NCBI GenBank assembly: GCA_965223345.1
Contig: CBDCWG010000012.1
Span: 416,001-480,000 of the forward strand
From: Nitrospinales bacterium
GTDB taxonomy: Bacteria; Nitrospinota; Nitrospinia; Nitrospinales; VA-1
Length of the DNA stretch: 64,000 bases
Reading direction: 5' to 3'
Part shown: piece after piece, positions 39,854 to 51,620 of the stretch
Layout of the letters: each line of letters begins with the position of its first letter
Position numbering within the stretch: position 1 is the stretch's first letter
Made by a program: the position numbers and the translations under genes
Notes under the pieces: generated by a model
Told to the model about the DNA's origin: nothing
Seen by the model: the letters and a program-made list of their open reading frames with translations, nothing else
The model's database searches: none

Positions 39854-40806
39854 AAATCGTTTTTATGGGGACCCCCGCGTTCGCCCTTTCCACGCTGACC
39901 AAACTCGAAGCATCCGAACATGAAATCCTGAGCGTCGTGACGCAGCCGGACCGCCCGCGCGGGCGCGGCCGGGAAGTGTCGTTCTCGCCGGTGAAGGCCT
40001 TCGCCGTCGAAAAAAATCTCCCGGTGCTGCAACCGGAGAAAGCGCGCGCGCCGGAGTTCATCGAATCGATCCGCAATCTGAATCCGGAGCTGATCGTCGT
40101 GGTGGCCTACGGACAGATTCTCAAACAGGCGCTTCTCGATATTCCCAAACGGTTCTGCATGAACCTGCATTCCTCGCTGCTGCCGAAGTACCGCGGCGCC
40201 GCGCCGATCAACTGGGCGATCATCAACGGCGATGCGGAGACCGGCGTGACGACGATGGAGATGGATGTGGGCATGGACACGGGCGACATGCTGCTCACGC
40301 ACAAAATTCCCATCCGCGATTCGGACACCGCCGCCACACTGCACGATGCGCTGGCGGAAGCGGGCGGGGACCTGGTGCTGGAGACGATCGCCCGGCTCGA
40401 GGCGGGAACCCTCACGCCCATCCCGCAGGATCACGAACAGGCGACGCTGGCGCCCAAGCTGAAAAAGGAAGACGGGCTCATCGACTGGGAAAAGGATGCG
40501 CGGACGCTGCGCAACCTGGTGCGCGGGCTGGATCCCTGGCCGGGAGCCTACACGTTTTTCGATACCCACCGGCTGCGCATCTGCGCGGTCGAGACCACCG
40601 CGGGCGATGGGGGGGACACCCCTGGAGAGATCGTCCGCATCACAGACCACGGAATCGAAGTGGGAACGGGGGGAGGCCGGCTGGTGATCACCGAGTTGCA
40701 GCCGGAAGGCAAAAAAAGGATGCCCGTTAAAAGTTATCTCGCGGGAAACCGCATGGAAAAAGGGAACCGGTTTCTTTCCCAACCGAAGGCGGCCCCCACC
40801 GTTTAA
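39850..40806 (+). CDS. fmt: Methionyl-tRNA formyltransferase
   Basis: FMGTPAFA, VVTQPDRPRGRG, NLHSSLLPKYRGAAPI, MDTGD. Confidence 0.97.
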   Translation: MKIVFMGTPAFALSTLTKLEASEHEILSVVTQPDRPRGRGREVSFSPVKAFAVEKNLPVLQPEKARAPEFIESIRNLNPELIVVVAYGQILKQALLDIPKRFCMNLHSSLLPKYRGAAPINWAIINGDAETGVTTMEMDVGMDTGDMLLTHKIPIRDSDTAATLHDALAEAGGDLVLETIARLEAGTLTPIPQDHEQATLAPKLKKEDGLIDWEKDARTLRNLVRGLDPWPGAYTFFDTHRLRICAVETTAGDGGDTPGEIVRITDHGIEVGTGGGRLVITELQPEGKKRMPVKSYLAGNRMEKGNRFLSQPKAAPTV

Positions 40807-40827
40807 CATTTCACACTTGAGGAATCG

Positions 40828-41763
<936 letters not shown>

Positions 41764-41782
41764 CAGCCGGGGCTTCCGTTTG

Positions 41783-42481
41783 ATGGCGGACGTCAACGAA
41801 TCCTCCATCAAGCACTGGCCGGAAGACGAACGCCCACGCGAGCGGCTGATCAAATACGGAGAGGACACGCTTTCGGACGCGCACCTGCTCGGCATCCTCA
41901 TCGGTTCCGGGGACCGCGCCGCGCGCAAAAACGCCGTCGATCTCAGCCGCGACCTGTTGCGCGTGTTCGAGAATTTCACCCACATGGATCAGGCTTCGGT
42001 CGCCGAGCTGTGCCAGGTCAAAGGCATCGGGCTCGCCAAAGCCGCGCAGATCAAGGCGGCGCTGGAAGTGGGGAAACGCATGTCCTCGCAGGCGGTGGGC
42101 GCGCGGGTGAAGATGGACACCTGCCGGGCCTTCGTCGATCACTTCTCGCCCTTCATGAAAAACCTGCGCAAGGAAATCGTCAAGCTGGTCCTGCTGAATC
42201 CGAAGCTGTTCATGATCAAGGACGTCACGATCTCGGAAGGCACGGTGAACGCAAGCATCGTGCATCCGCGCGAAGTCATGATCCCGGCGATCAAGGAATC
42301 GGCGGCCTCGATCGCCCTGGTGCACAATCATCCGAGCGGCGACCCCACGCCCAGCCAGCAGGACATCGAGATCACCCACCGGCTGCACAAGACCGGACAG
42401 ATCGTCGGCATCCGCCTGCTCGATCATGTGATCATCGGCGGCAACGACTATTACAGTTTTTCGGAACAGGGTTTGATCTGA
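41783..42481 (+). CDS. radC: RadC/UPF0758 JAB-domain protein
   Basis: ERPRERL, HhH motif GIGLAKA, VHPREV, HNHPSGDPTPSQQD, LLDHVIIG. Confidence 0.95.
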   Translation: MADVNESSIKHWPEDERPRERLIKYGEDTLSDAHLLGILIGSGDRAARKNAVDLSRDLLRVFENFTHMDQASVAELCQVKGIGLAKAAQIKAALEVGKRMSSQAVGARVKMDTCRAFVDHFSPFMKNLRKEIVKLVLLNPKLFMIKDVTISEGTVNASIVHPREVMIPAIKESAASIALVHNHPSGDPTPSQQDIEITHRLHKTGQIVGIRLLDHVIIGGNDYYSFSEQGLI

Positions 42482-42570
42482 GAGCCGCGCATCCGCAGTT
42501 GAGGCTTGTGGAAACCCCGCCCCTTAGGTAAACTCGGAGTGTTCGGCCCCTCGTCAGGAACGTCAATCGC

Positions 42571-43143
42571 ATGGAACGGGTTAAAAATTTTCTCAACGCC
42601 AGCGCCGACCTGAAGTATCAGGTCGCCGAGACTCTGGCGGCGGACATCCTCAAGGCCGCGCACTGGGTGCGCGACAGCCTGAACGCCGGCGGCAAGCTGC
42701 TGCTCATGGGTAACGGGGGCAGCGCCGCCGACGCGCAGCACATCGCCGCCGAGCTGGTGGGACGCTTCAAGAAGGAAAGAAAATCGATCCCCGCGATCGC
42801 GCTGACGGTGGACACCTCCACGCTGACGGCGCTCGGCAACGATTACGGGTTCGACACGATCTTTTCCCGGCAGGTGGAGGCATTGGCCCGAAAGGGCGAT
42901 GTGCTGCTGGGCTTTTCCACCAGCGGCAATTCCGAGAACGTGATCCGCGCGTTCAAGCTCGCCAACGAGATGGGCGTCACCACGATCGCACTTCTGGGCC
43001 ACCAGGGCGGGCGGGCCAAGGAGCAGGCGCAGCTGGCCATCGTGATTCCCTCCGAAGACACCGCGCGCATTCAGGAGGTGCACATCACCGTCGGCCACAT
43101 CCTCTGCGAGTTGATCGAAGAAGACATGGGATCGCCCGCGTGA
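42571..43143 (+). CDS. gmhA: Phosphoheptose isomerase
   Basis: GNGGSAADAQH, NDYGF, STSGNS and RIQEVH motifs. Confidence 0.96.
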   Translation: MERVKNFLNASADLKYQVAETLAADILKAAHWVRDSLNAGGKLLLMGNGGSAADAQHIAAELVGRFKKERKSIPAIALTVDTSTLTALGNDYGFDTIFSRQVEALARKGDVLLGFSTSGNSENVIRAFKLANEMGVTTIALLGHQGGRAKEQAQLAIVIPSEDTARIQEVHITVGHILCELIEEDMGSPA

Positions 43144-43175
43144 AATCCTCAATCTGACGCTGCGACCAATCCGCG

Positions 43176-44645
43176 ATGAAAAATCAATTTCAGTTTTTCT
43201 TTGACAGTGAAAAACGCCCCAAGGTGCTGGTGGCCGGCGACCTCATTCTCGACGAGTACCTGTGGGGCGGCGTGAGCCGCATCTCGCCGGAAGCGCCGGT
43301 GCCGGTTCTGGAAACCCGTTCGGAAAACCTGTCTCTGGGCGGCGCGGCCAATGTGGCGAACAACCTGGTGGCGCTGGGTTGCGAGGTGTACCTGGTCGGC
43401 GCGATCGGCCAGGACGAAAAGGGCGACAAGCTTTTGGAACTCATCCGCGATGGAGGCATCCACACGGAAGGGATCTTCCGCTTCGTGCACCGGCCGACGA
43501 CGTCGAAGATGCGCATCATCGCGCACAACCAGCAGATCCTGAGGATCGACAAGGAAGACAACCGCCCGATCACCGAAGGGACGGAAAAAAAGATCGTCCA
43601 GTTCATCAACCAGACCGTGCCGGAGATGGACGGCGTCATCTGTTCGGATTACCAGAAAGGCGTGCTGTCGGAGAAGGTGCTCAAAAACCTCATGCAGCGG
43701 GCGCGCAGCAGCAAGAAAAAGGTGATCGTCGATCCCAAGAGCGCCGACTTCGCCCTGTACAAGGGCGCGACGGTCCTCACCCCCAACCAGGCGGAGGTGG
43801 AGCGGTCGGTGCCGATCAAAGTGAAAAGCATGGAGGACCTCGAACGCGCGGCGCACTACCTGTTGACGCTCACCAAGGCCGAGGCGCTTCTGGTCACGCG
43901 CGGCAAGGACGGCATGATCCTCTACGGCCACAAGGGCAAACCGGTGGAGATCCCCACGGTTGCGCGCGAGGTCTACGATGTGACCGGCGCGGGCGACACG
44001 GTGGTCAGCGTGTTCGGCATGGCGCTGTTCGTCGGGTTCGACTTCCGCGATTCGGCCTGGCTCTCCAACATGGCCGGCAGCATCGTCGTGGGCAAGGTGG
44101 GCACGGCGGTGGTGACGCTGAACGAGATCAACGATTACCTGCAGGAGGAGATGCTGCACACCTCGCAGACGGTGCTCGAGCTGGAGGATCTGAAAAAACG
44201 CGTCAGCCTGGCGAAGAGCACGGGCAAGACCGTGGTGTTCACCAACGGCTGCTTCGATCTCATCCACGGCGGGCACATCGAGTTTCTGCAGAAAGCCAAG
44301 GCCAAGGGCGACCTGCTCATCGTCGGGCTCAACAGCGACGCTTCGGTTCAGGCGCTCAAGGGCAAGGGCCGGCCGATCAAGAGCGAGCGCGAGCGCGCCA
44401 ACATCCTGTCCGCGCTCAAGTACATCGATTACATCACGGTGTTCGACGAGGCCACGCCGGAAGCGCTGATCCGGCAGATCCGTCCCGACATTCTGGTCAA
44501 GGGCGACGACTACAAGATCGACGAGGTGGTGGGGCGGGAGATCGTCGAAGGTTACGGCGCGCGCGTCGAGCTCATCCCCATCGTGCAGGGCCACTCCACG
44601 ACCAAAACCCTGGAAAAAATTCTCGAGAACCACAAGACGGAGTGA
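43176..44645 (+). CDS. hldE: Bifunctional heptose-7-phosphate kinase / heptose-1-phosphate adenylyltransferase
   Basis: RISPEAPVPV and DVTGAGDT (kinase); FTNGCFDLIHGGH and GLNSDASV (nucleotidyltransferase). Confidence 0.96.
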   Translation: MKNQFQFFFDSEKRPKVLVAGDLILDEYLWGGVSRISPEAPVPVLETRSENLSLGGAANVANNLVALGCEVYLVGAIGQDEKGDKLLELIRDGGIHTEGIFRFVHRPTTSKMRIIAHNQQILRIDKEDNRPITEGTEKKIVQFINQTVPEMDGVICSDYQKGVLSEKVLKNLMQRARSSKKKVIVDPKSADFALYKGATVLTPNQAEVERSVPIKVKSMEDLERAAHYLLTLTKAEALLVTRGKDGMILYGHKGKPVEIPTVAREVYDVTGAGDTVVSVFGMALFVGFDFRDSAWLSNMAGSIVVGKVGTAVVTLNEINDYLQEEMLHTSQTVLELEDLKKRVSLAKSTGKTVVFTNGCFDLIHGGHIEFLQKAKAKGDLLIVGLNSDASVQALKGKGRPIKSERERANILSALKYIDYITVFDEATPEALIRQIRPDILVKGDDYKIDEVVGREIVEGYGARVELIPIVQGHSTTKTLEKILENHKTE

Positions 44646-44669
44646 TGCGCCAAAGACGGCGTGCTCCTC

Positions 44670-45644
44670 TCAATCCTCGCCCAACCGCTTTCCCGCAATC
44701 AGAAAATTCTGCACGTAATCGCGGATGCCTTCTTCCAACGAAGTGGCTGCGTCGGCATAACCCGCTCGTTTGATTTTGTCCATCGCCGCCTCGGTGTGGT
44801 ACTGGTACTGGTCGCGGATGGAGCCGGGCATGTCGATGTATTCGATGTTCGCCTCCCGGCCCATCGCGGCAAACAAGGCGGCGGCGAGGTCGTTCCAGTT
44901 GCGCGCGGTTCCCGAACCCACGTTGAACAGGCCCAACACGCCGGGATGATCGAGGAAAAACAGCGTCATCGCCACGGCGTCTTTGATGTATAAAAAATCC
45001 CGCTCCTGCGCCCCATCTGCATATTGCGGTTTGTAGGATTTGAACAGCCGCATCTTTCCGGTTTCTTTGATCTGGAAGTAGCCTTTGCGGATCAGGCTCT
45101 GCATATCGCCTTTGTGGTATTCGTTGGGGCCGTACACGTTGAAGTATTTGAGGCCGACGATGTGTTCGAAGGCTTTTTCTTCGCGCGCCCACAGATCGAA
45201 GTCCTGCTTGCTTTTGCCGTACAGGTTGAGCGGCTTGAGCGCATCGATCGCGGTTTCATCGTCGTCGTATCCCTGCGCGCCGTCGCCGTAGGTGGCGGCG
45301 CTGGATGCGTAGATGAAACGAATGTCCTTTTCCAGGGCGTAACGGGCCAGGGCCTTGGTGTATTCGAGGTTGTTCTTGCGCAGGTAGTCCCAGTCGGTCT
45401 CGGTGGTGGAGGAACAGGCCCCCATGTGCAGGATCGCATCGAATGCGGGAAGGCGGCTCTGGCGCAGGTTGGCGAGGAAGGTGATCTTATCCTGAATGGC
45501 AGCGTACTTCAGAGCCGCGAGGTTCTGCCGCTTTTCACTATGATCGTCGGCATCGACGATGAAAATCTCGGCGATGCCCCTTTGGTTGAGTTCGTGGACG
45601 AGGGCGCTGCCTATGAATCCCGCGCCGCCGGTGACTGCGATCAT
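44670..45644 (-). CDS. hldD: ADP-L-glycero-D-manno-heptose 6-epimerase
   Basis: VTGGAGFIGS, HMGACSSTTE, YASSAATYG, NVYGPNEYHKG and YQYHTEA motifs. Confidence 0.95.
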   Translation of the reverse strand: MIAVTGGAGFIGSALVHELNQRGIAEIFIVDADDHSEKRQNLAALKYAAIQDKITFLANLRQSRLPAFDAILHMGACSSTTETDWDYLRKNNLEYTKALARYALEKDIRFIYASSAATYGDGAQGYDDDETAIDALKPLNLYGKSKQDFDLWAREEKAFEHIVGLKYFNVYGPNEYHKGDMQSLIRKGYFQIKETGKMRLFKSYKPQYADGAQERDFLYIKDAVAMTLFFLDHPGVLGLFNVGSGTARNWNDLAAALFAAMGREANIEYIDMPGSIRDQYQYHTEAAMDKIKRAGYADAATSLEEGIRDYVQNFLIAGKRLGED

Positions 45645-45693
45645 GCGTCCTCACGTGGACCGGGGCGTTTGCGGTGCGCCGCCGGATCGGTGT

Positions 45694-46902
45694 TCAGGGC
45701 TCTTTCTGGGTGTGGAAGAGTTGCTTCCACTTGAGATCGGGCAAAAGGGGTTTATAGGCTTTCTGGGTGGCGTTTTCAACCTGCTTTTGCATGCGGTCGA
45801 TGCGGTTTTGCGGCGCGGGGTGGGTGGAAAGGTATTCCAGCCAGGAATCCTCCGACTTTTCAGACGCTTGTTTCTGTTTTTTCTTTGTGGCCTGCTTGCC
45901 GTTTTTTTCGGAGGGCTCGGCTTTCTCTTCGCCGGTTCCCCAGAACCCTTCCTGTTCTTTTTTGAGCGCTTCGAAAATCCGGATCATGCCCTCAGGGTCG
46001 ATGTTTGCTGCGAGGATCATCTCCATGCCCCTGCGGTCGGCTTCCTCTTCCATGCTGCGGTTGAACTTGAGGCTGTCCAGGCTTCCCGCCAACTCCAGCA
46101 CGCCGTTCATCACGCCGTTCACATCGCCGATCACCAGGGTGGCCAGCATGCCGGAGGCCGCGCCGCGAATGATGCCGCGGGTGGAATGCCTGAGCAGCAC
46201 GTGCTGGATCTCGTGCGCCAACACGCCGGCCAGCTCTTCCGGCGTCTGGGCGGCATTGATGATTCCCTGATACAGCAGAATGGTGCCGCCGGGCAAAGCG
46301 AAGGCGTTGACCATTTCGTCATCGGCGATGTAGACCTTGAAGGTGTAGGGTTGATCCGGAACCGTGGCGAGCAGGCGCTGCATCATGGCGTCGATGGCTT
46401 TCACCTTGCGCGCGTCGCCGCCGCCCACCTGCAGCTCGGAGCCTTCCATGAGGGTGTCGCCCAGTTTGACCTCCCACTCCACCGGCACGTGCTTCGCCGC
46501 CTTGTCGGAAAGGTAGGGCAGACCCAGCGCCCAGATTCCATAGAGAAACAACGGCACGCCCACCAGTCCCAGGACCAGCGCCACGTGACGCCAGGGGCTT
46601 TTGGGTTTCCAGGTGGCGTTGAGACCGCCGGCGGCGGTTTCCTTCAGGCTGGGGAAGAAATCGGGATCCTCGACGATGAGGGATTCGACGCGGGTGCCTT
46701 CGGCTTCCTGGACCGAGTGATGCAGGCGCAGGGAGCCGGAATCGATGGAGCCGCTGCGATCGATCTTGCCGTAGTTCCAGGTGAGGGACTGCCCGCCCGC
46801 GAGCTGGAGCGTCATTTTGTCCGGAGCCAGATGCACGGCGACCGGGTGCTTCTTCGCGGTGCGGCCGTCGTACAGGAAACCGGAAAATTGCAGTTTGCGC
46901 AT
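45694..46902 (-). CDS. M48 family metallopeptidase
   Basis: VNAFALPGG, LAHEIQH (HEXXH), EEEAD, YLSTHP; single TM segment; usual partner of YjgN. Confidence 0.92.
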   Translation of the reverse strand: MRKLQFSGFLYDGRTAKKHPVAVHLAPDKMTLQLAGGQSLTWNYGKIDRSGSIDSGSLRLHHSVQEAEGTRVESLIVEDPDFFPSLKETAAGGLNATWKPKSPWRHVALVLGLVGVPLFLYGIWALGLPYLSDKAAKHVPVEWEVKLGDTLMEGSELQVGGGDARKVKAIDAMMQRLLATVPDQPYTFKVYIADDEMVNAFALPGGTILLYQGIINAAQTPEELAGVLAHEIQHVLLRHSTRGIIRGAASGMLATLVIGDVNGVMNGVLELAGSLDSLKFNRSMEEEADRRGMEMILAANIDPEGMIRIFEALKKEQEGFWGTGEEKAEPSEKNGKQATKKKQKQASEKSEDSWLEYLSTHPAPQNRIDRMQKQVENATQKAYKPLLPDLKWKQLFHTQKEP

Positions 46903-47028
46903 CGTCACCGCCAAATGCCCGAGTTTCGGGCTCCGAAGGGAACGGGTGTGGTGTTCACAGTATACAGGAGTGGCGTCAAACCGGATGCGCTCTCTCTTGT
47001 GAGGGAGCGCACCCGGTGAAAGGACGGA

Positions 47029-48252
47029 TCAACCGATGTCCATGGGGAGGTCGAAGGCGTCTGCGGCCGCATCTCCCAGGGCGCCGGATTTCTGCATCTC
47101 CTGGATGACCCAGTCGATCTGCACGTCGCCGTCCAGGCGCAGGTGCCGGGTGAAGAATTTCATGTTGCGCACCTGCACCCAGGGAATTCCCATGCCCAGC
47201 GTGAAAATCACGATGAACAGATTGCCCAGATGCAGCGCGAAGAAATCCATGCCCGTCGCGCTGAAGCGGAACTTGCCGCCGGCCATGCGGGTGTTCTGCC
47301 AGAAATACCGGGTTGCGTACGCGTGCCACCAGAACCAGTACAGGCCCAGGGTCAGGATGATGAGAACATAGGAAATGCAGAATTTCTTGAAGATCTCGCG
47401 GCCTTCGCCGGTGAACTCAAACTGCAGGTTGCCGAAATGGGTGTTTTCGCGCCAGAACCGCTCCATATGGTTGCGGATATAGGGGTAGTAAAAACCCAGG
47501 GTCAGGATGTTCAGAAAAAAGTTTTTCAGGCTGAGAACGATGGCGGCCTTTTTCTCGCCGCGAAAGGAAAAACGGATGCCCCGCCACGACGTGCGCGACC
47601 ACAGATAGCGCATCGCCCCCACCATGAATACCGGAAACAGGACGAGGTAAAACCCGATGATGAACACGGTACCCAGGATATCCTGCAGTTCGGGGGCCAT
47701 GATCTGCACGCCGACCAGCACACCGATGGCAAGAATGAGGAACAGGGAGAACTTCATGAAACCCATCAAGAGTTCCTTGGGGGTGCCGTGGTACTCGAAC
47801 GGATCGCCGGCAAAATGGGTGTTGGACCAGATGTAATTGCGCACCTTGGTCTTGGCCCAGAAATGGTAAATCCCCAGGGTGAAGACGCGCTTGATCCAGT
47901 TGGTGAGGAACAGCATGAACAGCTCGCCGCCTTTTCCGGAAAAGCTCAGATCCAGCCCCGGACCGGAGTGGCCCATGGCGGAATCCGCTTCGCCGTACGC
48001 GTCGTCCATTGACGCCTCGTCTCCAGGAGACACCATCTGCGCCTGAAACCCGAGGCTGTTGAGGTACTGCACCGCAGTCGCCGCCTGCCGGTCGGACACC
48101 GGGTGCTCGAACTTCCAGGAATCGCCATCGCTCAGGCGTCGCAGGATGTCCGCGCCCTGCTCCACGGTCATGCGGAACACTTTCGCCATTTTCTCGACGG
48201 CCAGGTCCTCATCCGGGCCATCCCATGCATTTAAAACGATCACTTGACTCAT
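47029..48252 (-). CDS. YjgN/DUF898 family membrane protein with extra N-terminal domain
   Basis: Repeated TLGIY/TLGFY/TLGLY...W motifs, FEYHG and FSFRG; AGGAGGAG RBS. Confidence 0.9.
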   Translation of the reverse strand: MSQVIVLNAWDGPDEDLAVEKMAKVFRMTVEQGADILRRLSDGDSWKFEHPVSDRQAATAVQYLNSLGFQAQMVSPGDEASMDDAYGEADSAMGHSGPGLDLSFSGKGGELFMLFLTNWIKRVFTLGIYHFWAKTKVRNYIWSNTHFAGDPFEYHGTPKELLMGFMKFSLFLILAIGVLVGVQIMAPELQDILGTVFIIGFYLVLFPVFMVGAMRYLWSRTSWRGIRFSFRGEKKAAIVLSLKNFFLNILTLGFYYPYIRNHMERFWRENTHFGNLQFEFTGEGREIFKKFCISYVLIILTLGLYWFWWHAYATRYFWQNTRMAGGKFRFSATGMDFFALHLGNLFIVIFTLGMGIPWVQVRNMKFFTRHLRLDGDVQIDWVIQEMQKSGALGDAAADAFDLPMDIG

Positions 48253-48666
48253 GAAGACTCCTCCTCCGTCTCAATGGGTGTTTCCGTTTTTTCGGCCGGT
48301 CCCGCGTCGCCACATTTCGGGACCCTGAATCATCGACAATTAAAAATCCGCAAACGCAGCTGCGCAGGATAAAAAACCGCGCGCCTTCACGTCCGGAAAA
48401 AATATTTTCAACTTGGTTTGTGTGACCCCAAAAGATTCCAACCCCTTTAAATACAGTAACATGAATTGCCCGGCCCGTCCATAAGAGATTGAATTTAAAA
48501 CACTTTTTCGCCTCCGGGCGGCAACGCCCGCCGCCTCTGAAAAGAGGGAACGGCAACCCCTCGATGCGGTTTTTTGCGATTCAGGGGCCGATAATTGAAC
48601 GGCTTTCGCGGTTTTTCGCTGCGAAAGGGAGACGACAGGCCGCGGCAATCGTGATATGATGCATAT

Positions 48667-50055
<1,389 letters not shown>

Positions 50056-50171
50056 CAAAGGAATCACTTTTCTCGCAATAATGTTGCACTTATTCCCCAT
50101 TTTTTGATCGCACGATCCGGCTTTCCCCGCTGCCCCCTGATTTTAACGCCTCTGCGCCCCGCCCCCTCCCA

Positions 50172-50187
50172 CGGCACAGGGATTGCT
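50172..50187 (+). promoter_or_regulatory. Sigma54 (-24/-12) promoter for DUF4912-GH57
   Basis: CGGCACAGGGATTGCT, i.e. YGGCAC-N5-TTGC with GG-N10-GC, 55 bp upstream of the DUF4912 start. Confidence 0.7.
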
Positions 50188-50242
50188 CTTAGGTAGGCAG
50201 CGTTTATCGAAACCTTTTGACCGATTCCATTCGAGGACCCGC

Positions 50243-51559
50243 ATGCCCAAACCCAGTCTCAGCAAAATGACCAAAGCCGAGCTCATCGAACTGGCGCGCA
50301 AGCGCAAGGTCGCCATCAAAACCTCCATGCTCAAGGCGGAAATTCTCGTCCTGCTGGAAAAGCACGAAAAATCCACCGCCAGAGCGAAAAAGAAGGTGAC
50401 CGCCAAAACTGCCGCCGGCAAGGGGAAAAAGACCCCGGTGAAAAAGGCGGCTCCGGCCGCGAAGAAATCCCCTGCGGCCAAAAAGGCCAAACCCAAAATT
50501 GCAAAACCGGCTGCGGCCAAAACCCAAAAAGCCGCCGCCAAAAAAGCGGTGGCGAAAAAACCCGCAAAGCCCGCCGGCAAGACCGCGCTGTTTTCCCCCT
50601 GGCCGCGTGCGGCTGAGCAAAAACCCGCCGCGGACGTCGCATCGTCCGTCGGTCTGCCGCACGGCGAAATCGAACTGGAGGACAAGGCGCAGGAAGCCAA
50701 ATTCATCGTCGGCAGCGCCGATCACCACGAACCCTGGGAGGAGACGCATCAGGAGCTGCCCGCCCGCTACGGCGACCACCGACTGGTGCTGCTGGCGCGC
50801 GATCCCTACTGGGTCCACCTTTTCTGGGAACTCGATCCCGGCAAAATCGACGAAGGCCTGGCCTCGCTGGGCTGCTCGATCGAGACGGTGCGCTGCGTGC
50901 TGCGCATCCACCCTCAGTCCGAGGGAGCGGGTTCGGTTTTCGATGTGGACGTGGATTTTCGCACCGGCCGGCATTACCTGGAACTGTCGCCTCCGGGAGC
51001 TTCGTTTTTCGCGGAGATCGGCATGACCGCCCCGAACGGCCGCTTCTATTGCCTGGCGCGCTCCAATTCGGTGACGCTGCCGCGCGACAAACCTTCGGAC
51101 CGCATCGACGAACGCTGGATGACCACGGACGAGGAGTTTGAACGGATCTACCTGCTGTCGGGAGGCCGGGAGGGCAACGGGCTCTCCGGTTCCGAAAGCA
51201 TCGTGAAGCACGAGCACAAGGCGCGCCAGTGGACGCTGGAATTCCCCACCTCTCCGGTGGGCAGCCACGGCTCGGCGTTTCTGGGCGGTGAACGGCAGAA
51301 GGAATTCCGCTTCTGGCTGGATGCGGAGCTGGTGGTGTACGGCGGCGCCGACGCCGGATCGCGCATCGAGCTGGCGGGCAAGGCCGTGGACACGCGCCCG
51401 GACGGCACGTTCACGGTGCGGCTCGCTTTACCGGACGGCCCGCTCCACATCCCGGTGCGCTTCGTATCGCCGGACGGCGAGGAAAGCCACAGCGCCGATG
51501 TGGATGTGACCCGCAAAACCCGGATCGAACAAGACGTGCCGGACTGGCAACTCTATTAG
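50243..51559 (+). CDS. DUF4912 domain protein with Rho-N-like head and Lys/Ala-rich linker
   Basis: ELPARYG...LVLLARDPYWVHLFWE, ARSNSVTLP and FWLDAELVVYG...RPDGTF motifs; N-terminal LSKMTKAELIELAR. Confidence 0.85.
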   Translation: MPKPSLSKMTKAELIELARKRKVAIKTSMLKAEILVLLEKHEKSTARAKKKVTAKTAAGKGKKTPVKKAAPAAKKSPAAKKAKPKIAKPAAAKTQKAAAKKAVAKKPAKPAGKTALFSPWPRAAEQKPAADVASSVGLPHGEIELEDKAQEAKFIVGSADHHEPWEETHQELPARYGDHRLVLLARDPYWVHLFWELDPGKIDEGLASLGCSIETVRCVLRIHPQSEGAGSVFDVDVDFRTGRHYLELSPPGASFFAEIGMTAPNGRFYCLARSNSVTLPRDKPSDRIDERWMTTDEEFERIYLLSGGREGNGLSGSESIVKHEHKARQWTLEFPTSPVGSHGSAFLGGERQKEFRFWLDAELVVYGGADAGSRIELAGKAVDTRPDGTFTVRLALPDGPLHIPVRFVSPDGEESHSADVDVTRKTRIEQDVPDWQLY

Positions 51560-51620
51560 CCATCGAACGCCCCAAGCCGATGACCGGCAGCGGGGCTCAC
51601 TCAACAGGAGAATCAAGTCT

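Noticed and set aside
41783..42481. radC as a marker of a mobile or anti-defence element
   Set aside because: Full-length chromosomal type with an HhH N-terminus, embedded among housekeeping genes
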